Below, piece after piece: positions 50,197 to 60,103 of a stretch of 64,000 nt of DNA. Numbering within the stretch: the first letter of the stretch is position 1; every line of letters starts with the position of its first letter. Source of the stretch: Thecamonas trahens ATCC 50062 (Eukaryota > Protista > Apusomonadida); NCBI RefSeq assembly GCF_000142905.1, contig NW_013657658.1:1-64000 (forward strand). The letters run 5' to 3'. The position numbers and the translations under genes are program-made. Below the pieces are notes generated by a model. That model was given only the letters and a program-made list of their open reading frames with translations, had not been told where the DNA came from and did no database searches.

Positions 50197-51580
50197 CACT
50201 CACACCTTCCACCCTCTTGTGCGGTAGTGGGATGGGCGAGAGAGGCGTGTGTCGGTCTTGGGCCCGGACTCGCTTTTGCTCTCGGTGTCGGTCTCGGCCA
50301 CCGCGACGCGGCAATGACCGACGGCCGCCGTCGCGCAGTCGACGACGACTTGACAATCTACGCGCTGATCTTTGCCGCCACTGACCGCATCCAAGGCAAA
50401 GGCGTTGCGCTCGCGGTTCCAGCTCGCAAATACTGGAAGCGCCATGGTCGATGGCAAGGATACAACTCATACGACGTATGTGCTATGTGCCATTGATGCC
50501 GGCTGCACAGATGGCTGTGATGAAGGCCGAAAGGTCACACACACAGCTGCGCAATGAGGGATCCAAAAGGTATGCGTGTATTTGTTGCCTCCATGAGCTC
50601 ACGGGTACAGTTGATGTGGAAATCACTGCAGCGAGACGCTATGAGCGGCGACTATCGCGGTGGCTAGCCCGAGTGATTCGGTATCGCCACGGACGAGGCC
50701 TTGGCCCGATTGCGGTCGTGATAAGCCTTGGCCTCTTGGGCAAACATCTTCTCCACGGCCTCACCGATGTGGCGCTTGCTACCCAGGCGGGTATCGGCCG
50801 AAGTGGGCTGCTCTCTGCTTTTCGGCGTCTTGTGGTCATGCTTGATAGCGCTCCCTTCGCACTGATCTGATGAGCGTCGTGAAGACGTGGCCGGTTGGGA
50901 ACGTTGCCGTTGATACGCCGATAGGCATTCATTTTGCCAAAGCGCACACGGTACTCCACATCCAGTGTTCTCGTCAAGGCGCGAGACTTGCGGCCACTGC
51001 AAAATGGAGGACAAGAAGATTGCCACATTCTCCTCGATCCGAGCAATGGGCGGCTGCTCGAACAGTGACAGGCGCTGGCAAACCCTGCACCGAGCGTCAG
51101 CATCCCTTGCGCGGAGTTGGCCTTGGAAGTCAAGGGCCGTCAACAGCGGGCGCTCCTCGAGGTTAGGAAAACGAGAAGGCCGCATGGGCGTGTCAGTGCT
51201 GCCGACACCGGCCGCAAGGTTCTGCTGCAAGTGCCCAGCCGCGGGAACCTCAGAGTTCGCTAGCTCGACATCATCGGTGACGGAGCCTGCCGTCGCGCTC
51301 GCGGTCTCCACCGAGGCCGCCGCGTGCAGCGTCTTTTGCTCCGAGCGCACCTGATTGGGATTGATGGCCATACCAGACAAGAAGAATGAGATGAGTACGT
51401 CGAGTAGCGGCTACTGAAGGCTGTAGGCGACCTGTCGCGTAGCTCACCACCTCTGCCGACGTCACACTCTCGGCAAAAAAGGCGCACGGTTTTCTAGCCG
51501 CAGCGGATGCTCGTAACACAGCAGCTACAGTGTGATATCGCCCCACACAAGTCGCCACCCGTTGCAAGAACATCATCCTC

Positions 51581-52231
51581 ATGGTCAAGTCCCGCCCCAA
51601 CACCATGTCGGAGCAGACAAGGCGCGCGCAGCGTGGCCGTGGTTCTCGTCATGGTACCCGCAGCAAGTTCAGCAGGCTGTTGCAAGTCATCTTTCCCCAC
51701 ACCATGGACAAGACTGCGAGGAACACGCGGAAAACGGCGCTCATGCGGGCTATCAAGGAGGCTGCAACCGGTGAGGTCGTCGCCACCATCGACGAGCTGA
51801 CATCCGGCCTGCGGTCGTTGCTCGTCGCCGACTCGTCGACGGCACAGCTCGCCGGAGCACTACTGACTCCGGATGTTTGCGCAGGCCTTGTCCAGGGATA
51901 CGCTTTCGAGCCATGCGTCCGCGCCGTGAACCACGATGTGAGTCGCGCAGCCATCGCGCACGAGGTGAACACCACCGGGCGCATCCCGATCAAGAGGTTT
52001 GTGGACGAGGCGTGCGTCCGTCACCACCGCATCAACCACATCAGGGTCAAGCGCGAGAAGATGAAACCGAAGTACGCTGGCAAGGACGACATGACCATCG
52101 AGGACGAGCTGGCACCATCCGTTGAGGATGTTCAAACTTCGATTGCGGTCATCAAGAGCAGCTTTGAAGGCAGTGCCCAGATCTTGCGCGATGCAACTAC
52201 GTCTCCGCCCCCACCATCGGGCGCCGCCTAG
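51581..52231 (+). CDS. Hypothetical protein (possibly the last exon of a spliced gene starting ~50314)
   Basis: 216-codon ORF with protein-like composition and GC3 bias in its 3' part. No family recognised. Confidence 0.35.
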   Translation: MVKSRPNTMSEQTRRAQRGRGSRHGTRSKFSRLLQVIFPHTMDKTARNTRKTALMRAIKEAATGEVVATIDELTSGLRSLLVADSSTAQLAGALLTPDVCAGLVQGYAFEPCVRAVNHDVSRAAIAHEVNTTGRIPIKRFVDEACVRHHRINHIRVKREKMKPKYAGKDDMTIEDELAPSVEDVQTSIAVIKSSFEGSAQILRDATTSPPPPSGAA

Positions 52232-52560
52232 CGTTTGCGAGATCCCGCGCAACTAGGGCAAAGCAACAATCACGCACCCGATCCGTCCACCTCCCTTTCA
52301 TCCCCTCCCCTTCCATCACCCCGATCAAATCCCTTTTCTCTCTCCCCCTTCTGCCCTGCTCCCTCAGACTCCCCCCCCCCCTTCCCCCCTTCCCCCCCCT
52401 TCCCCCTCACCCCCACCCCAGATCCCGACACCTCCCCCCCACCCCCGTCCCCTCCGCCCCTCCCCTTCCACAGGCCGACCTCCCCTCCTCCACCCCCCCC
52501 TAACCCCCCTCTCCACCCCACCCCCCTCTCCCATTACCTCCACCACCAACAGGAGTAGTC

Positions 52561-54291
52561 ATGCTGCGACAGGGCGAGCTTGTGAATGTCCCCACCGAGG
52601 AGCATACGCCCGGCCAGACGGCGTTCTCATCCCAGAGCCAACCGGGCGAGGGGAGGACGACCGAGGTGGTACTTCATTCTCAAGGCATGTGGGCCAGTGA
52701 TGGAAGTGATCGACCTGCTTTGGTGCCGGAGAAGGATCTGACCCAGTTTGATGCTCATTGGGAGAATGTCCGCGTCGCACAGTGGCTGGAAGAGGTACTT
52801 GGTGGAGAGCCTGGTGTCGTCGCCTTGCAGTTCCCTGACCATCTCGTGGCCCACGCTCCATCGGTGGCGGCGAGGATGGCTTCGCTGGTCGCCGACTCGG
52901 TGGAGATCGTGGTCCTGGCGGATTCGGCTTACTCGGGATGCTGTGTGGACGAGGTGGCGGCTGAGCATGCGCTGGCCAAGGCTCTGGTCCACTACGGCGA
53001 GGCCTGCCTCACCGCCACCCTCCGCCTTCCGGTCTGCTACGTCTTCTGTGCCCGCGATGTGCCGGCCGATGAGGTGGCTACTCTTGCCGAGGCCACGGCG
53101 GCTGCGGTGCCCGATGGCGTGCGTTCGCTAGTGGTGGCGTACGAGTTGTCACTGGCGGCGCCCGCCGCGGCCATCGCTGCGGCGCTGACGGCGGCGTCGC
53201 TCGCGTCAGAGGTAGTGTTCATGGACGCGCGCGCGCCTACTGACGACGCCGCCGATGTGGCCGATGGTGACAGTGAGGGCGTGACGTACGCTATGGGCGG
53301 CTTCTCGTTCACGCTGGCGCACAAGCTTGACGCCAGTGCCGACGCGGTGGTGTTTGTGGGCGCCGGTAAGGCGGCAGACTCCAAGCTCTTTACCGCGCTA
53401 CAGCTCAACCACCCGGGCTTGCGGTTTGTGACAGTAGACGTCGACGCCGGGACCGCCGCGCTCTGCACCGGCTCGACGTCGCGGGCGCTGATGAAGCGGT
53501 ACATGCTGATCGAAAAGGTCAAGTCTGCCGAGGTCATCGGCCTCCTAGTGGGCACCCTTGCCGTCGGCCCGTACCTGGAGATGCTCGACGAGCTGCGTGC
53601 GCTCATCGAGGCTGCAGGGCGGTCGTACTACACGTTCTGCGTGGGCAAGGTCAATGTGCCCAAGCTCGCCAACTTTACCGAGGTCGACGTCTTTGTGGTC
53701 GTCTCGTGCCCACTGACTGCGCTCATCGACTCGCGTGAGTACATCAAGCCGCTGGTCACCCCGTTTGAGGCTTTTCTCGCCCTCACCCCGGGCGCCGAGT
53801 GGACCGGTGAGTACTCAACCGACTTTGAGCAGACACTTGCAGTCATCGAGGCTGCCGATGCGGCGGCCGACGGGCCGACCGGCGCTGCTGTTGACGGTGG
53901 AGCCGACGCCGACGCCGACGATGACGGCGAGCACTTGGTCACCTCGCTCTCGTCCGGTTCGGGCAAGGCCTCGATCCGTGCCTTCTCAATCCGCAAGAAG
54001 CACGCCAAGGGAGCAAGCAGTGGCACCGCAGCCCGCTCCTCGGCGGCGGCCTCGTCCTCGGACGCCATCATCTCGCGGTCCGAGGCCAAGCGCCAGCTTG
54101 CCCAGACTGACGGGAGTGGCGCGGCGGCGGCGACGTTTGCGGCCCGGACCTGGCGCGGCATCCAGGCCGACGGCAACGCTGCCGACGACGCGGAGGGCGA
54201 GAGCAACGCCCCGGCCATGATTGAGGCTGGCCGCTCAGGCCGCGCCGCAAAGTATGCGGCCGAGGGCAGCGGCCTTGCTGGCAGCGAGTAG
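52561..54291 (+). CDS. DPH2: Diphthamide biosynthesis protein 2
   Basis: VALQFPD, VLADSAYSGCCVDEVAAEH, VHYG-ACL, LMKRY-LIEK-K-A-VIGLLVGTL, VGK-N-PKLANF-EVD-FV--SCP, Y-KP-VTPFE, C-terminal RTWRG...GRSG-A-KY (Dph2-type tail). Confidence 0.92.
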   Translation: MLRQGELVNVPTEEHTPGQTAFSSQSQPGEGRTTEVVLHSQGMWASDGSDRPALVPEKDLTQFDAHWENVRVAQWLEEVLGGEPGVVALQFPDHLVAHAPSVAARMASLVADSVEIVVLADSAYSGCCVDEVAAEHALAKALVHYGEACLTATLRLPVCYVFCARDVPADEVATLAEATAAAVPDGVRSLVVAYELSLAAPAAAIAAALTAASLASEVVFMDARAPTDDAADVADGDSEGVTYAMGGFSFTLAHKLDASADAVVFVGAGKAADSKLFTALQLNHPGLRFVTVDVDAGTAALCTGSTSRALMKRYMLIEKVKSAEVIGLLVGTLAVGPYLEMLDELRALIEAAGRSYYTFCVGKVNVPKLANFTEVDVFVVVSCPLTALIDSREYIKPLVTPFEAFLALTPGAEWTGEYSTDFEQTLAVIEAADAAADGPTGAAVDGGADADADDDGEHLVTSLSSGSGKASIRAFSIRKKHAKGASSGTAARSSAAASSSDAIISRSEAKRQLAQTDGSGAAAATFAARTWRGIQADGNAADDAEGESNAPAMIEAGRSGRAAKYAAEGSGLAGSE

Positions 54292-54312
54292 TACGGCCGG
54301 CTTTATTGCTGT

Positions 54313-55241
54313 CTAGGCATCATTGCTGGCGGCGGCGGCGGCGGCGGCGGCAGCGGCCGACGTCGGCGGCGCACCGGCCGAGATCTTGCGCACCTTTTTC
54401 GCCAGCTCGTCCTTGGCCATCTGCTTCTCGAGCGTGGCGTGCACACCCTGCAGTGTCGGCGGCAGGTGCTGGTTGTCGGTCAGAATCTGGGCGTCGACGA
54501 GCTCGTCCTTGTCCGGGCGGTCGCGGAGGGCGCGCGAGAGCTTGTCGGCCTTCATCTGCTGCTCCAGCGACTTGTGGGCTGACTGGATGGCTGCAGGTAG
54601 GTGCTGGTTGTCGGTCAGAATCTGGGCGTCAACAAGTTCTTCAGCCTGCGGCCGGTCCCGCAGCGCCTTGTTGAGCGCATCCGCCTTGGTTTTGCGCTCG
54701 AGCGTGTTCTTCACCCCGGCCAGCGAGTCGGCCACGCCGGCGTCCGGCCGGATCTGCGCCCGATCAAGCTCCTCGACCTCGGGCCGGTCCCGCAGCGCCT
54801 TGTTGAGCGCATCCGCCTTGGTCTTGCGCTCGAGCGTGTTCTTCACCCCGGCCAGCGAGTCGGCCACGCCGGCGTCCGGCCGGATCTGCGCCCGATCAAG
54901 CTCCTCGACCTCGGGCCGGTCCCGCAGCGCCTTGTTGAGCGCGTCAGCCTTGAGGTTCTTCTCCAGCTGGTTGGCAACTGCGCCTCACGACCACAACAAC
55001 CAAGTAAGTCACACTCAGACTCCACCACCCGGCGCTACATGGCCTCGATCACCGCCGCCGTTGGTGGGAAAAATACAAAAACCAGTCAGCGGAGAAAAAA
55101 AAAGCCGCCACCGCCTACCGCCTTGCCCGAAACCGCGCCTGTAAGCCACCGCACGGAGGGGGAGGGGGGGGGGTGCAGGAGGAAGGGGGGAGGGGGAGCT
55201 GAGAGAGCGGGAAAGAAGGATGAGGACATACTCTCGGACAT
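54313..55241 (-). CDS. RPEL-repeat (G-actin-binding) protein, two exons (55232-55241 and 54313-54977)
   Basis: Four L--AL--RP---EL----I motifs. ATGTCCGAGA, donor GTATGT and acceptor GCGCAG give MSEIANQLEKNLKADALNKALRDRP. Confidence 0.85.
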
Positions 55242-55448
55242 GTTGTATGTGTGCGTGTGAGTGTGAGTGTGGTGTCGGCTCTTGGCTCGTCTTGCCCATG
55301 GACACGTGGTCCTTCTGCGGAAGAGCCCGAATGCCACCGAACGAATAGCGACCCAGGGGCACTGTTCGGGGGTGATCATGGGTAGCCAGGGCACCGGGCC
55401 TTCTTGCCCTTGCGGCCAAGGAGGGAGGAAGGGGAGGGATGGGGAGGG

Positions 55449-55450
<2 letters not shown>

Positions 55451-55490
<40 letters not shown>
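55451..55490. repeat. (CAG)n microsatellite
   Basis: About 13 copies in the divergent intergenic region. Confidence 0.9.
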
Positions 55491-55491
<1 letters not shown>

Positions 55492-55811
55492 GCCTTTGAT
55501 CTGTCGAAATCGGCATCGGCATCAGCTCAGACGCAGATGTGACAGACATCCATGGAACAGTCCCCCGCGCGCTCCCTCCCCCCTCCCCCCTCCCCCCCCC
55601 CCCCTCTCTCTCCCCCCTCTCCCCCCCCTCCCTCCCCCTTCCCCCATCATCCATCCATCCATCTACCGCCAGGTCGTCATCGCCCCGTGATCCTGATCGG
55701 CAGCCGGCCGCGAGGGTCGAGTCGGAGGCACGGAGCCACCACAGCCTGATACAAAAGCCCAGGACGGAGCACTTGACCACACCGCCACCATTGCTGCCAA
55801 CACTGATAGGC

Positions 55812-56999
55812 ATGGCGTCGACTCCCCCCGCACCGCCACCTGACTTTCATGCGCCGTCGTACGCAGCCAGCAATCCCCCGGCGACTCCGCCGCCTGTGTC
55901 TGCCTCGGTCATGGCGGGTGGCATGGGACATGGCTACGCACATCAGGCTATGGCCTCACCACACGAAGCGATGGCAGCTACAGGCCAGCCAATGTCGACG
56001 GCATTCCGATCGATGTCCAACCCGCATGTCCATTTGCACACGCCGCCGCCGTTTGTGGCTGGCTATCCCATGGTGCCTGCCGCACCGACCGCGACACCCG
56101 AGCAAGGCGGGGATGGGGTGAGGACATTTGCGGGCAACGGGCCCAAGCGGAAGAAGAAGAAGAGCAAGCGCGAGGCCATGCCGGCGGCGGTGCACTCGTC
56201 GGATGTGGGGACGCTGAGATCGGCACTGCGGTCAGAGGTCAGGATCCGCCGCGAGCTACAAAGCAAGATGGTCGAGGTGCAGGCCAAGATTGCGCGGCTG
56301 TGGGACTCGCTCCCGGTCGACGTCCACGCCTCGTTTGAGGCTTCGGCGACGCAGTACGATCTTGGGCTCAAGAACGCGTGCACCTTTATTGCGGCGGCAG
56401 TCGGTATCCAGTTCCTTGTCAACGGCATTGTGCCGACGGCGCAAGCGTGGGATCTGTTGCTGCGGCTCGGCGGGCAGGCGTATACCTTGGGGCCAACACG
56501 GGCGGCGTCACTCACTGAGGCGCTCCCGTCGGTGCTGCGGGTCCTCAACGTGGCCCCGACCCAGCTTGCGCTGTATCCGGATTGGCGGACGTTCCTCTAT
56601 GACATCACCCCGGGCTACCCGCCTCCGCTGTTGGAGGCGCTCATCGGCCCGCACTCTGCTCTGCTGGAGAGCAAGTATGACCTCAAGGCGGCGCTGATGC
56701 CGGATCTGATGCACCTGATGCCGCCGCTGGCGCTCATCCTCACTGGGCACAACGAGACGTACTCGGTCTTGGTCAGCGCGGACCTCAAGGTTCACTTTCG
56801 CGACTCGCACGTCACCAGCCAGCACGACTTTGGCGACCTGCACATGTTCTTTGCCTGGCTCGAGGCCAACGAGAACATCCTCGAGCCCGGCGACACGCCC
56901 GACGACGACGAGTCGGAGCCCGACGACGAAATGATCATGCATCTCGGACTGCACAACCAGGTTGCCGTCCATCTGCTGCTCCCGCAGCACGCGACATGA
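55812..56999 (+). CDS. Nuclear protein with NLS, coiled coil and a peptidase C76-like (herpes tegument USP-like) domain
   Basis: Pro/Met-rich N-terminus, PKRKKKKSKR, coiled coil, then ASATQYD...NACTFIA ... LILTG..TYSVL..VHFRDSH. Confidence 0.65.
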   Translation: MASTPPAPPPDFHAPSYAASNPPATPPPVSASVMAGGMGHGYAHQAMASPHEAMAATGQPMSTAFRSMSNPHVHLHTPPPFVAGYPMVPAAPTATPEQGGDGVRTFAGNGPKRKKKKSKREAMPAAVHSSDVGTLRSALRSEVRIRRELQSKMVEVQAKIARLWDSLPVDVHASFEASATQYDLGLKNACTFIAAAVGIQFLVNGIVPTAQAWDLLLRLGGQAYTLGPTRAASLTEALPSVLRVLNVAPTQLALYPDWRTFLYDITPGYPPPLLEALIGPHSALLESKYDLKAALMPDLMHLMPPLALILTGHNETYSVLVSADLKVHFRDSHVTSQHDFGDLHMFFAWLEANENILEPGDTPDDDESEPDDEMIMHLGLHNQVAVHLLLPQHAT

Positions 57000-57049
57000 G
57001 CCGGTTCTATTCTGCTACCGCATCGTTTGTTGCACCGCGCTGCATGGGC

Positions 57050-57621
57050 TCACACCAGCGGACCGAGCGTCTTCATCAGCTTCATCGCCTGCTTCATCTC
57101 CGACGGCGACATGTTCGAGACAACCGACGACGGCACGAGTCCGCCTGTCGCCTCGGACACATGATTCCCGGCCTGCCCGGCTGCAGCCTTGCTGATGTGA
57201 TCCTTGGACACGTCCATCACGCCGCCCGTCAGCATCGACAGCGCCCCGACGACGGCGAGCGCACAATGTTGGCCAGCTTGAGCGAGTGGGTCAGATACTC
57301 GGGATGGAGAAGCAGCTGCTCCGGCGACGGGTTCTTGAGAAACGCCCGGAACTCCTCAGACATAAACGTGGCCTTCATCGCCTCCACACGGCCTTTGACC
57401 GCCGTCCCCACCTCGCCCAGCACAGACGACACCTCATCCGGCAGCATCGCGTCGGCTGCCGCCCCAGCAGACGACGCCGCCGCCCCGGCCACACTCGCCG
57501 CTGCCGCCATCTTGCCCTTGGCTCCCGACGACTCGAGCGAGTCGTTGGCTGCACCCCACACGCCAGCCAGCCAAGGTCCAGTCGATGACTCGATGATGAG
57601 TCGCAGCTTGCCCGAGCCCAT
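57050..57621 (-). CDS. Hypothetical protein, spliced (62-nt intron ~57203-57264)
   Basis: Donor GTGCGC, branch GCTGAC and acceptor CAAG join the 57229-57660 and 57050-57235 ORFs. The start is uncertain (57621 or 57510). Confidence 0.5.
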
Positions 57622-57665
57622 GTTCCACAATGTCCCCCCTCCTCCCCCCCCCCCCCCCACAGACC

Positions 57666-60083
57666 ATGCTCTCCCGCATCTCTGGACTCTTCCGGACCAA
57701 GCCGCGTGACCGGTTCTCTGTAGACATGGTCATGTTCTACGGCGAGGAGCTTGCAGCCACGCCGGTGGTGACGGACAAGACGGCCGAGGGCGTGGTGGAG
57801 ATTCTCCGTGCGGTGGCCGAGCTGGTCATCTGGGGCGATCAGAACGACGGAGCCATCTTTGATGCCTTTATGGAGGTTGGCATGTTGGATGCCCTCTTCC
57901 GCATTCTCAAGCAGAATCCTCCGCATGTGGTGGTGGTCCAGGGCCTGCAGACCCTCTCCATCCTCCTCTCCCAGATCACGGCCCAGACCTCCATCTACTT
58001 TATCCTCTCCAACAACCGCATCAACAACATCATCACACACGCCTTTGACTCGTCAAACGAAGAGATCCTGGCCTATTACGTCACCTTTCTCAAGACCCTT
58101 GCCCTCAAGCTCGACAACACCACCATCCAGTTCTTCTTCAACGTCGAGGAGCGGACCTTCCCACTCTACACAGAAGCCATCCGCTACTACAACCACTCCG
58201 AGTCCATGATCGCCGCTGCTGTCCGCACCCTCACTCTGCAAGTCTTCCGCATCCCCAATGCTGCTCTCCGCACCTTTCTTGTCTCGCCGCCCGTCGCACC
58301 CTACTTTCCCGCCCTCATCACCACCCTCGCCACACACGCCCACCGCCTGCAGGCCGCCGTCACCGCCGCGTCGTCCGATCCGGCCTCGGGCCCGGTCCGC
58401 GTCCGTGCTGCGCTCGACGCTCTCCTCGATCACCTCTTCTACATCCACGACATCTACGCCCTCGGCCTGGCCGGCATCAACTCCGTCCTCACTACCTCGC
58501 TCCTCAACGACCTCGTCCGCCCGGTCCTCGTTGCCTCGGTCACCCGATCCTCGTCCGAGCTCTCGTCTGAGCTCGCCCTCTTCCTCCTTGCCCAGCTCTT
58601 CCACACCCTCGACGACCCACTTCTCATCCGCGCCCTCACCTCGGCGCTCCTCACCGAGGATGTGGCTGTGCGCCAGGCTCTCGTCGCTGCCCTCAATCTT
58701 AACGTCGGCACCGACGAGCTGGCGCTCCCGGCCCTCGCCTGCCTCTACGCTGTCGTCAGCAACGATGCCGTCCGCTCCCGCGACCTCGCCGCCGCCGGCC
58801 TCGCCCGCGCCCGCCCGCTCTCGCTCACCTCGCTCGCCTCACTCGAGGATCGTGAGTCGACCTCGTGGGGCAACTCGTCGCAGTTCTCGTCGTGTGACTC
58901 GGAAATCGCCGAAGCCGAGCCGTCCGACTCGCTAGCAACTGATCTCTCAGCCTCGGCTGCCACGGATGCCTCGACTGTCGAGCCCGCGCCGCCCGCCGAG
59001 CACAACGAGCCAGCGCCTCTTCCCGCACCGTCTCTCAGCCTCCTCTCGCTCCCGTCATCATCGCCGGCCGCCTCGCCAGCGGCGTCGGCCACCGACTCGC
59101 CGTCAGCCCACGACGCAACCCGCTACGACACACCAAGCCTCGACACTCCGTTCCCAGACGCGTTGCTTGTCACCAAGCTCCTCCTCCTCGCCCACCACCC
59201 AACCCGCTCGCGGCTCGCCACCATGCATCTCACCACCGCGCTTCTCAGCCTCCTCCTCGGCTCATCGCTGCCTGCCCATCCTGCGCTCCGCACCTTGTTT
59301 GACATTGCCTACGTCCTGGTTGTCGAGCGCCTCCGCTCAGCCTTCTTTGAGCTCCCGCTCAACCTCTTCACTGCCATGTTTGAGGACGAGTACCTCGCCG
59401 CCCAGCGCCCGCCGCGGCTGGACCACGCTCTCGCCGACCCGAGCCTCCTGCTCCCGGTGGCGCGGACCTCGCTCTCGGGCCTCGATCTTGCAAAGCGTCT
59501 GCCATCCGGCGAGCTCGAAGACGTCACCCGCGCCCTGCAGACCTTTTTTATCTTTCGCAACGCCAAGGCCACGCTCCTGCCACTCACCCTCGCGTCGCCA
59601 GCCGGCCTTCCGTGGATCGACGCCCCGCCGCCGCTGGCCGTCGGCGACAGCATCGCCCTACAGAGCCTCCAATCGCCTCCGATGCCGTGCACCGGCTCGC
59701 GCGACGCAGACACGCCCGACGCTGCCAACGTTCCGCGAATGCTAGTCATCGCGCCGCCGGCTGCGCCTCACCTGTTTGTTCTCGTCGAGCGGCCTGCCCC
59801 CGATGCCGGCGACGCCACCGTTGTCCTTGTCGGCCACCTCGCCGGCCTCGCCGTCACTACCGACGCCACCGACATGTCTGTCATCCACGGCCTTGTTCAG
59901 CCGCCATCACCGCTCCTCCGGACCCGCAAGTGGTCGTTCTGGGCTGCTTTCCCCTCCATGTCTGACGCCCTCACCGCCAAGTCGGAGCTCGAGCGCGGGC
60001 GCGCGGCCGCGGACGCCGCCCGGCTCACCGCCATCGCCAACCACATGGGCGTCGCGCCATCGTCGCTCACACACGCTCTGTAG
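57666..60083 (+). CDS. CLEC16A: CLEC16A / TT9 / GOP-1 family (FPL domain) endolysosomal trafficking protein
   Basis: VEILR-VAELVIWGDQND--IFD-F-E, VQ-LQTLSIL, SIYFILSNN-IN-II, EEILAYYV-FLKTL-LKL---TI-FFFN, FPLYTEAI-YYNH-ESMI--AVRTLTL-VF, L--RLPSGE. Confidence 0.93.
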   Translation: MLSRISGLFRTKPRDRFSVDMVMFYGEELAATPVVTDKTAEGVVEILRAVAELVIWGDQNDGAIFDAFMEVGMLDALFRILKQNPPHVVVVQGLQTLSILLSQITAQTSIYFILSNNRINNIITHAFDSSNEEILAYYVTFLKTLALKLDNTTIQFFFNVEERTFPLYTEAIRYYNHSESMIAAAVRTLTLQVFRIPNAALRTFLVSPPVAPYFPALITTLATHAHRLQAAVTAASSDPASGPVRVRAALDALLDHLFYIHDIYALGLAGINSVLTTSLLNDLVRPVLVASVTRSSSELSSELALFLLAQLFHTLDDPLLIRALTSALLTEDVAVRQALVAALNLNVGTDELALPALACLYAVVSNDAVRSRDLAAAGLARARPLSLTSLASLEDRESTSWGNSSQFSSCDSEIAEAEPSDSLATDLSASAATDASTVEPAPPAEHNEPAPLPAPSLSLLSLPSSSPAASPAASATDSPSAHDATRYDTPSLDTPFPDALLVTKLLLLAHHPTRSRLATMHLTTALLSLLLGSSLPAHPALRTLFDIAYVLVVERLRSAFFELPLNLFTAMFEDEYLAAQRPPRLDHALADPSLLLPVARTSLSGLDLAKRLPSGELEDVTRALQTFFIFRNAKATLLPLTLASPAGLPWIDAPPPLAVGDSIALQSLQSPPMPCTGSRDADTPDAANVPRMLVIAPPAAPHLFVLVERPAPDAGDATVVLVGHLAGLAVTTDATDMSVIHGLVQPPSPLLRTRKWSFWAAFPSMSDALTAKSELERGRAAADAARLTAIANHMGVAPSSLTHAL

Positions 60084-60103
60084 CCAAGCAACTTGCAACG
60101 CTT

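Noticed and set aside
57203-57264. Apparent -1 frameshift
   Set aside because: Explained by a 62-nt intron with GTGCGC donor, GCTGAC branch point and AG acceptor.
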